This document shows, one piece after another, positions 57,266 through 64,000 of a stretch of DNA of 64,000 bases; position 1 is the first letter of the stretch; each line of letters begins with the position of its first letter. The stretch comes from an uncultured Dehalococcoidia bacterium (GTDB lineage Bacteria; Chloroflexota; Dehalococcoidia; Lucifugimonadales; UBA1123), in assembly GCA_958296105.1 (NCBI GenBank), contig OY282441.1, positions 2,984,773 through 3,048,772 on the forward strand, given 5' to 3'. A program made the translations under genes and the position numbers. A model generated the notes under the pieces. It ran no database searches, was not told the DNA's origin, and saw only the letters and a list, made by a program, of their open reading frames with translations.

Positions 57266-59182
57266 ATGTCCGCACTCAGATGGACGGGCGCAATCCTGCT
57301 GTCCCTGCTGCTGATCCCGACCACGTGCGCCGGCCTCGTGGCGATGGAGCTGGAAGGATCGGCTTCGGACCCGCAGTTCTACAAAGACCGCCTGCGAAAC
57401 GCCGACTTCTACGAATTCGCGCTGAACGATCTGACAGCGGCACTCATCCGCGAGGCGATCCGCAGCCGCCCCGACGTCCCCCCGCCCCTATCCGCCGCCG
57501 ATATGGTCGCGTCTCTGAACCGCGTGTTTCCCCCGTACTGGGCGCAGGCGCAGGCCGAATCGTGGATAGACCAGCTTGTCAGGTACATGACAGGCCGCCG
57601 AAACAGATTCACCGTGAACGTACAGGTCTCCGACCGCATCCCCGCCGCTACGGACGAAGCGCGCGCCATCTCGCGCAAGCTGGACATCCCACGACTTGCG
57701 ATCGACGCCATGGACGACGGCGAGCTTGACTCCATGGCCCGGGATCTCGGCTCACTGGGCATACGCATGGACCGCGAGCGTCTGCGAGATATCGCGTCCA
57801 CAGTGTTCGATGAGGCATGGACGAACGAGCAGGCGGACTCCGCCATAGACGCCGTCGCGCCCTACATGACGGGCGAGACTGACAGCTTCGAGTTTCGGAT
57901 CGACTTCCAAGACAGAGCGGACGCGGCGGCGGCGGCTGTGAAGGAAGTCCTGCGCGAAGTGGACTGGTACGCGCTGGCGTTCGATGAAGTGGTCGAGCCG
58001 ATTGTGAGAGACAGGATCGGAGACGCCGTCCTGCCCGCAGGCGTGCGCCTGTCCAGCGATGGAATCGTCCCCGTCATCAGAAGCTCGCTCCCGCGAGAGT
58101 CGTTCGAGCCGGTGGCGGAGGACACTATGGAGCAGGTGTCCCGATACGTGGTGGGCATGTCCGACCACATATCCGTCGCCATAGACCTGCGCGAGGACAA
58201 GCGCCGCGCTCATCCACTGCTGACCGACCTAGCGGTATCCACGTTCGATCTGGTCGTGACGAGACTGCCCCCCTGCTCCGGAGGCGTCACAACGTACGTC
58301 GCGCCCGCCGGTCTGTCGGGCCAATCCGCCGGTCGAATCCCCTTGTGCATGCCTGCCGAAGAGCCTGCGCGCGCCGAGGCCTTGACTGCGATAGCCGCGC
58401 TGCGCTCTTCCATGGATGACGGAGTGGAGCAGGTGATACTGTCCCGCGTACCCGACCGCATCGACCTGAGCGAACAGGACGTCAGAGAAGGTCTCGTTGG
58501 ATTCGGCGGCGCAGACGCCCGCCAGAAGCGAGACGCTGCGCTGAGCAGAATAGACGGGGCGAGGTCTCTGATGAGTCTCGGCATGACCTTCGGCGACGAG
58601 GATCTCAAGGCTTTGCTGCCCTCGCTGAATTTGCGCGGCTCGGATCCCGTGACCCAGCTGGAATCCGTTAGAGCGTTCTTGCGAGACGGCCAGCGGCTCA
58701 CCGAGCGCCACCTGCTGGACTTCTTGAAAGAGAACACCTATGGCGGCGATGAGTGGGTCGAGATCGTCCGCCTCTCGTTCTCGCGCGCGAGGTGGGCGCC
58801 GCTGTCCATCATGCTGCTCGCGCTCGCGCTGGCTGCCGCGCTCGGCATGACCGCCGGACGCCGCGCGCGCTCGCGCATCGCTTGGGGCGCGGGTGGAGTG
58901 GCGCTGTCCGCCGCCGTCGCCCTCGTCCTGTTCGGACCCGTGTTCGACCTGTTCGGACCTCCTGCGATGCAAGACGCGATGCGCCTCGTCATTCCGCCCG
59001 CCGATATCGGGTCCAGCCAGCGCCTCGTGACAAACAAGGCAGTGGAGATAGCCGTAGACGCCGCGCTCAGCCTCACCCGGGGAATCGCGCTCAAGTCAGC
59101 CGTCATCCTGTTCTTGGCGGCGCTGGTGACACTCGGCGCGACTCAGTGGGGAAAGATTATCAGGGAGCCTGACCGCCCCTGA
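57266..59182 (+). CDS. Hypothetical membrane protein (N-terminal TM, large extracytoplasmic region, 3 C-terminal TMs)
   Basis: 638 aa. The recurring internal motif Y(M/V)(T/V)G..(N/D).(F/I) occurs three times (RYMTGRRNRFTVNV, PYMTGETDSFEFRI, RYVVGMSDHISVAI). No family recognised. Confidence 0.5.
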   Translation: MSALRWTGAILLSLLLIPTTCAGLVAMELEGSASDPQFYKDRLRNADFYEFALNDLTAALIREAIRSRPDVPPPLSAADMVASLNRVFPPYWAQAQAESWIDQLVRYMTGRRNRFTVNVQVSDRIPAATDEARAISRKLDIPRLAIDAMDDGELDSMARDLGSLGIRMDRERLRDIASTVFDEAWTNEQADSAIDAVAPYMTGETDSFEFRIDFQDRADAAAAAVKEVLREVDWYALAFDEVVEPIVRDRIGDAVLPAGVRLSSDGIVPVIRSSLPRESFEPVAEDTMEQVSRYVVGMSDHISVAIDLREDKRRAHPLLTDLAVSTFDLVVTRLPPCSGGVTTYVAPAGLSGQSAGRIPLCMPAEEPARAEALTAIAALRSSMDDGVEQVILSRVPDRIDLSEQDVREGLVGFGGADARQKRDAALSRIDGARSLMSLGMTFGDEDLKALLPSLNLRGSDPVTQLESVRAFLRDGQRLTERHLLDFLKENTYGGDEWVEIVRLSFSRARWAPLSIMLLALALAAALGMTAGRRARSRIAWGAGGVALSAAVALVLFGPVFDLFGPPAMQDAMRLVIPPADIGSSQRLVTNKAVEIAVDAALSLTRGIALKSAVILFLAALVTLGATQWGKIIREPDRP

Positions 59183-59308
59183 AGATAAAAGCCGAAGCCA
59201 GACGCGACGCTGGAGAAGCCCCCAGCGCCACGCCCGCCGCAGTCAGACGCGCCAGCCGCCTGCTCCGCGTCCAGCCCCATCTTGACACCGAGACGGCGCA
59301 GACGGCGT

Positions 59309-62300
59309 TCACCCCCCCAAGACGGGCAGGACTATCTGCGATGGCCACTCCTCGCAGTGGTGTACCGTCTGGAGCGCGACCTCGTATGTCCGATCCATCC
59401 CGAGCGCCTCGCCCGTGTTGTGGTTCACGTCGAATCTGGGCCAGTTGCTCGAGCTCACGTCCACCCTGATCCTGTGGCCTGCGGCGAACACGTTGGACGT
59501 GGGGTACAGCTCGAATTCGAGCGCGTACACCTCTCCGGCTTCCATCAGCTCGGCGCGCTCGAAGCCGTTCCTGTATCTGGCGCGGATGATCGAGTCGGTA
59601 ATATTTATCGCAAGGCCCTCGGGGTACTCCGCGCGCGGCGGATAGACGTCTATCAGCTTGGCGGTGAAGTCCGTGTCCGGCGCGGACGACGACACCCACA
59701 GCCTGACCGTGATCGGCCCCGTGACCTCCACGTCCGCCCCGAGTTCGGGCGTCTCGAACGTCAGCACGTCCGCGCGCGCGTTCAGCGGCTGGTGATCCGC
59801 CGAGCCGTAGAACCGCGAGGGGTCTCCGCGCTGGTCGTATGCGCCCGGCTCCATGATCGGGTTGGCGGCCGATATGCCGCCCCCTATGGTGGGAACCGGG
59901 TCGGACGGGTCGAACAGATACGCCGTGAACTCAGGCTCGCCGTCCTTAGGCCGCTGCCGCGAAAGGCTGCCGTCCGCGTGGAAGTAGTGGGGGACGAACC
60001 GCGTTCCCGGCAGCGGCCAGTCTTCCGCCTGCCGCCACGCGCCCCCGTGATTCAGCCGATGCTCGCCGCCGATGCGCCCGTCGCCCCCTCCCATCGTGAA
60101 TATCCGCACCGGACCCCAGTCGGCGGCTTCTGTGCGCAGCCCTTTCAGGTGGTGGTCGAGCCACGCCAGCTTCAGATCGTTGTAGTCTATGTGCGAATCT
60201 AGGCCGAAGTCTATGTCGCCGGAGTGTGTGACTTCATACTGCCCGTGTGTCCACGGCCCCATCAGCAGACGCTGCGCAGACTGCTTGAGGCGGCTGAGCG
60301 CCATGTAGCTCTCGGTGGTGTTGCGCGCGTAGGAGTCGTACCAGCCGCCGAGATAGAGAGTCGGAACGTCCGCGTGCTGCTCGTAGTATTCCACAGGCGC
60401 GTAGCCGCGCTGCTTCCAGTAGTCCGTGTACTCCCCGCGCGTCTGAAGGTCCATCACCCACCGCTCCACCTTCGGAATGCGGCGGAGTATGGACGCGCCC
60501 TCGCGTATCGGGAAGTTCTCCGCCACTTCCGACATGCCGTTCTCGAATATGTTCTGAAGAGCCGCCCTGAGCGACGGGTCTGCCATCGCCTCCGGGCTGT
60601 CGACCGCCATGCGGTAGGCGTATATCAGGAAGCGCTGCTCCAGCGCGCCGTTCTGCCGCATCGAGCTGCTGAAGTAGTTGGAAGCGCCCACCGCCACGAT
60701 CATCGTGGCGAGATGCGGCGGGTCGAGCGTGGCGAGCGCGGCTTGGTCCGATCCCGCGTAGGAGTCGCCCATCGTCCCCACCTTGCCGTCGCTCCACTCC
60801 TGAACGCCGAGCCATTCCACAGTGTCGAAGCCGTCCTCCGCCTCCTCCGCGAACGGATACCATTCGCCCTCGGATGCGAAGCGTCCGCGCACGTCCTGAA
60901 TCGCCGTCACGTATCCGCGCCGCGCGAAGAACCTGCCCTTGCTCGTCTGCCGCGCCGTCGCCTTGTCGTATGGCGTGCGCTCCAGTATCACGGGGAATCG
61001 CCCCTGAGCGGGCGCGCCCATCAGAGCGGGGAAGTACAGATCGGTCGCCAGCAGCGCGCCGTCCCTCATCTCGATCATCACGTCGCGCCGAACGATCACC
61101 CCGTACCCCGCGCGCGAGCCTTCGTACACGGCGGGTTCCCCCTCGTCCTGTGTCATATCCTCGGTGACGGCATCCTGTACAAGCGCGGCTGTGGTTTCCG
61201 TCGCGTCTTGTTCCCCCCCGTCGTCCCCTTCGTCCTGTGTCAGGTTCTGCGCGGCGTCATCTTGTATAGGCGCGTCTTCGGTTTCCGTCGCGTCTTGTTC
61301 CCCGCCGTCGTCCGCTTCGTCCTGTGTCAGGTTCTGCGTGTTTGCATCCTGTACAAGCGCGGCTGCGTCCCCGCCCTCGTCCGCTTCGTCCGTTGGCATA
61401 TCTTGCGTGACGTCATCCTGTATAGGCGCGTCTTCGGCTTCCGTCGCGTCCTCGCCCTCGTCCGCTTCGACCTGTGTCAGGTTCTGCGTGTTTGCATCCT
61501 GTGAAATCGCGTCTTCGCCCTCGATGATTTCGTCTTCGTCTTCCGTTGCGCCTTGTTCCCCGCCGTCGTCCGCTTGGTCCTGTGTCAGATTCTGCGTGTT
61601 TGCATCCTGTATAGGCGCGGCTGTGGCTTCCGTCGCGTCTTGTTCCCCGCCGTCGTCCACTTCGTCCTGTGTCGGATCCTGTATAGGCGCGGGCGCAGGT
61701 TCGAGCCTCTGAACCGACTCCGCCTCCCGTTCCAGCTTGTCCCAAGAGTACGTGGCGGGGATGAGCCGCACGTCCGCCCAGACAGCCCCTTGGTCGGCGT
61801 AGTGCGCGCTTCCCGGATGCCCCGACGCGCCGAGCGGCACTATCCAGCGCGAGTTGTCCCAGTCGGACGTGTCCCACACGTAGCGCGCCACCGACGTACC
61901 CGTGACCGTGTAGCCTGTTCCGCCTTCACCCTGAAGCGATGCGTAGCTGCCGGCTTGCGGAGTGTCGCCGTCCCCGCTCACCGGGAATCCCGGCGGATTC
62001 AGCATCTCGGCGACGTCGGGGAACAGCGCAGACAGCGGATGTTCCGGCTTGGTGCGGTGGACGCCGCCCCACGTCCACGCGCTCACGTCTTCGCCCAGCC
62101 TGCTGCGGACGCCGTCGAAGATGAACGGCTTGTCCAGTATGTGAGCGGTTAGCGCCTCCCAGTCCGCCGCTTCCCCGTCCGCAGACGTGATGGAGGCGCG
62201 CCCGCTCCACAGGTCCGACACCATCAGAGACGCAAGCTGTCTCAGGTGTCCGGGCGCCCCTCTGCCCTGAGCCGAGATCGCCTCTTCGTAGAGCGCGCCC

Positions 62301-64000
62301 AAGATACCTGAAAATACGATGCCTTGCAGCTCGCCCCGAAGCACGCTGTATATCGTGGGCGCAACGAGGTCGCGCTCCATATCCCCGTCCCAGCTCGCCA
62401 GCAGCTCCCTGCACGTGTTCGCCCAGTCGTCTCGAGGCGCGTCCAAGTTGGCGATGAAGCCGGCGTATATCTGCGCCGGTATGGAAACCGTATCCGAGTG
62501 GATCGCCTCCATGTCCTCCACAGTCGCCTTCTCGATCTCGTCCAGCCTGTCGAATATGCGCTGCGCGCGGTAGTCGGGCGCGAAGTCGAGCGCGATGTAG
62601 TAGGGATAGTCCGCGTTGACGATGCGGTTGTTCGCCGTCACGATCACGCCCTCGCGCGGGTTGCGGATGCGCGCAAGCTCCTCGAAGGGTATCGCCCCCT
62701 GCCACTCGTGTTCGCCCGTCCAGCCGGGAACCGGCAGCCATGCGTTCGCCATGGAGCGGATTGGAACCTGCCCTCTGTTCAGGTAGCCGATGTCTCCGTG
62801 AACGTCCGCGAACACGAAGTTGTTGCACGGATCCACCCAGCCGCGCATGGACTCGTCCATCTCGTCCGCGTTCTGAGCGTACAGCATCAGCCTTATGCTC
62901 TCGAACCCCAGGTTCGGCCCTGCGGTGGCGGTATACTTGAAGGCAAGCCCTTTCGCCCCGTCCGCGCTCTCGGCGATCACCGGGCCGTGTTCCGTCACCC
63001 GAACCGCGATCTCCACCGGCTGCCCGTCTCGAACGTGGATCGTCTCGCGGCGGAGATCCCCCGCCTTCCACTCGCCCGCGTACTCGTACTCCACCCCGTC
63101 CGCCGTCTCGCGCAGGTTCTCAACGTACAGGTCTTGGTAGTCCGCGCCCGCGTGGGTCACGCACCAAGCCACACTCGCGTTGTGTCCGAAGTGCGGAAAC
63201 CCCGGAACGCCGGGGAACGACAGCCCTATGACGTCGAAGTCCGGACAAGCCACTTGGTTCTGGTAGTAGACGTTTGGCGTATCCAGCCCGCGATGCGGGT
63301 CGCCCGCCACCAGCGGCTTGCCGGACGCCGTCTTGGATCCGTGGACAGCCCAGTTGTTGGAGCCGGCGTCCACGTCCTCCAGCCACTCGATGGCGGCAAG
63401 CCCCTTCTCCAGCTCCTCGACGCCGTCTAGGAAGTCGCCGTCGTACTCGTCCCCCGGAGGCGCGATCACCAGCTGCCCCGGCTGGTACCCTCTGAAGAGC
63501 TCCGCCGCCCGCTCCGCTCCGAGCGTGTTCACCAGCTTGGCGCGCCACGTCTTGCCCTCGAACACGCCCATCATTATGTGCCTGACCTTGAACACCGATA
63601 GGCTGTCCTTCGGATCCCACGCGGTCGGGCGCGTCCCCGTCAGCCCGTACTCCACCGGCAGCGCGCTCGCGCTCTCGATGAAGGCGTTGACGCCGGCGGC
63701 GTATGCCTCGAACATGGCGCGCGTCTCTTCGGACAGAGCCGCCCAGTCCTGCTCCACCGATGCCGCGATCTGGAAGCGGCGCATCGTCCTGTCCTGTTCC
63801 ACGCCGGACCCTCCCACCAGCTCCGACCAGCGCCCACAGGCGCGAGCGCGGTCGCAGTCCATGTGCCACAGACGATCCTGAGCCGTGGCGAACCCCTGCC
63901 CGAAGAAGGCGTCGTGAGTCGTTCCAGCGCGCACGTGCGGGATTCCGTGACCGTCTCGGATGATGACGATGCGCCCGTCAGCGCCTTCCAGCGTCAGCGC
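59309..64000 (-). CDS. Penicillin-acylase-family (Ntn hydrolase) domain fused via an acidic repeat linker to a CocE/NonD (S15) hydrolase domain; 5' end beyond the window
   Basis: The frame stays open to the window edge (ALTLEGADGRIVIIRDGHGIPHVRAGT...). Acylase motifs are DRLWHMD and DAGSNNWAV (beta-chain Ser). The linker spans 61140-61705. The CocE/NonD part has YGVIVRRDVMIEMRDG..., GDSYAG and a C-terminal jelly-roll domain. There is no stop between the parts. Confidence 0.8.
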   Translation of the reverse strand, partial: ALTLEGADGRIVIIRDGHGIPHVRAGTTHDAFFGQGFATAQDRLWHMDCDRARACGRWSELVGGSGVEQDRTMRRFQIAASVEQDWAALSEETRAMFEAYAAGVNAFIESASALPVEYGLTGTRPTAWDPKDSLSVFKVRHIMMGVFEGKTWRAKLVNTLGAERAAELFRGYQPGQLVIAPPGDEYDGDFLDGVEELEKGLAAIEWLEDVDAGSNNWAVHGSKTASGKPLVAGDPHRGLDTPNVYYQNQVACPDFDVIGLSFPGVPGFPHFGHNASVAWCVTHAGADYQDLYVENLRETADGVEYEYAGEWKAGDLRRETIHVRDGQPVEIAVRVTEHGPVIAESADGAKGLAFKYTATAGPNLGFESIRLMLYAQNADEMDESMRGWVDPCNNFVFADVHGDIGYLNRGQVPIRSMANAWLPVPGWTGEHEWQGAIPFEELARIRNPREGVIVTANNRIVNADYPYYIALDFAPDYRAQRIFDRLDEIEKATVEDMEAIHSDTVSIPAQIYAGFIANLDAPRDDWANTCRELLASWDGDMERDLVAPTIYSVLRGELQGIVFSGILGALYEEAISAQGRGAPGHLRQLASLMVSDLWSGRASITSADGEAADWEALTAHILDKPFIFDGVRSRLGEDVSAWTWGGVHRTKPEHPLSALFPDVAEMLNPPGFPVSGDGDTPQAGSYASLQGEGGTGYTVTGTSVARYVWDTSDWDNSRWIVPLGASGHPGSAHYADQGAVWADVRLIPATYSWDKLEREAESVQRLEPAPAPIQDPTQDEVDDGGEQDATEATAAPIQDANTQNLTQDQADDGGEQGATEDEDEIIEGEDAISQDANTQNLTQVEADEGEDATEAEDAPIQDDVTQDMPTDEADEGGDAAALVQDANTQNLTQDEADDGGEQDATETEDAPIQDDAAQNLTQDEGDDGGEQDATETTAALVQDAVTEDMTQDEGEPAVYEGSRAGYGVIVRRDVMIEMRDGALLATDLYFPALMGAPAQGRFPVILERTPYDKATARQTSKGRFFARRGYVTAIQDVRGRFASEGEWYPFAEEAEDGFDTVEWLGVQEWSDGKVGTMGDSYAGSDQAALATLDPPHLATMIVAVGASNYFSSSMRQNGALEQRFLIYAYRMAVDSPEAMADPSLRAALQNIFENGMSEVAENFPIREGASILRRIPKVERWVMDLQTRGEYTDYWKQRGYAPVEYYEQHADVPTLYLGGWYDSYARNTTESYMALSRLKQSAQRLLMGPWTHGQYEVTHSGDIDFGLDSHIDYNDLKLAWLDHHLKGLRTEAADWGPVRIFTMGGGDGRIGGEHRLNHGGAWRQAEDWPLPGTRFVPHYFHADGSLSRQRPKDGEPEFTAYLFDPSDPVPTIGGGISAANPIMEPGAYDQRGDPSRFYGSADHQPLNARADVLTFETPELGADVEVTGPITVRLWVSSSAPDTDFTAKLIDVYPPRAEYPEGLAINITDSIIRARYRNGFERAELMEAGEVYALEFELYPTSNVFAAGHRIRVDVSSSNWPRFDVNHNTGEALGMDRTYEVALQTVHHCEEWPSQIVLPVLGG
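61140..61705 (-). repeat. Imperfect ~90-100-nt tandem repeats encoding the acidic Q/D/E/T-rich linker
   Basis: About 5-6 units of QDANTQNLTQDEADDGGEQDATE(T/A)EDAPI. The DNA motif TTCCGTCGCGTCTTGTTCCCC recurs exactly at ~61196, 61283 and 61628, with diverged variants at ~61439 and ~61541. Confidence 0.8.

Overview
High-GC bacterial chromosome segment, densely coded. The gene content looks Chloroflexota-like: a recG-degV-yloV/rpmB cluster, a T-box leader, several luciferase-like (LLM) monooxygenases and many MFS/ABC transporters. That taxonomic guess is inference only. Most of the window is housekeeping or metabolic: recG, rpmB, pheA, a Ktr/Trk K+ uptake cluster, coaE, ileS, aroE, glmU, prfB, tRNA-Arg(CCG), a peptide-type ABC importer, an amidase and a D-aminoacylase. 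No rRNA, CRISPR array, transposase or integrase was seen. Eight things deserve a second look. (1) At 14.5-16.8 kb a ~1.25-kb segmental duplication and a tandem array hold C-terminal cassette ORFs of a small membrane/coiled-coil protein. Each cassette keeps its own SD+ATG, and an internal ARAEAWEE-type repeat varies in length. (2) At 19.96-21.78 kb lies a translationally coupled ABC/SMC-type ATPase + DUF4276-like (TOPRIM-like?) gene pair, a candidate uncharacterised Septu/PARIS/OLD-like conflict module. (3) Several genes carry tandem duplications anchored at or next to their stop codons. (4) A 1793-aa lipoprotein is built from 8 super-modules of plant-type LRRs. A collagen-like lipoprotein and an NHL propeller protein also lie in the window. 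(5) A >1560-aa ORF fuses a penicillin-acylase (Ntn) domain to a CocE/NonD hydrolase through an acidic tandem-repeat linker. (6) An MfnB-like (DUF556) enzyme is fused to a TusA-like domain. (7) A T-box leader precedes a methyltransferase-ileS operon. (8) An ABC substrate-binding gene has its signal peptide in a different frame from its body. Many long ORFs in the supplied track are antisense or frame-shadow artefacts of GC-rich DNA and were rejected.
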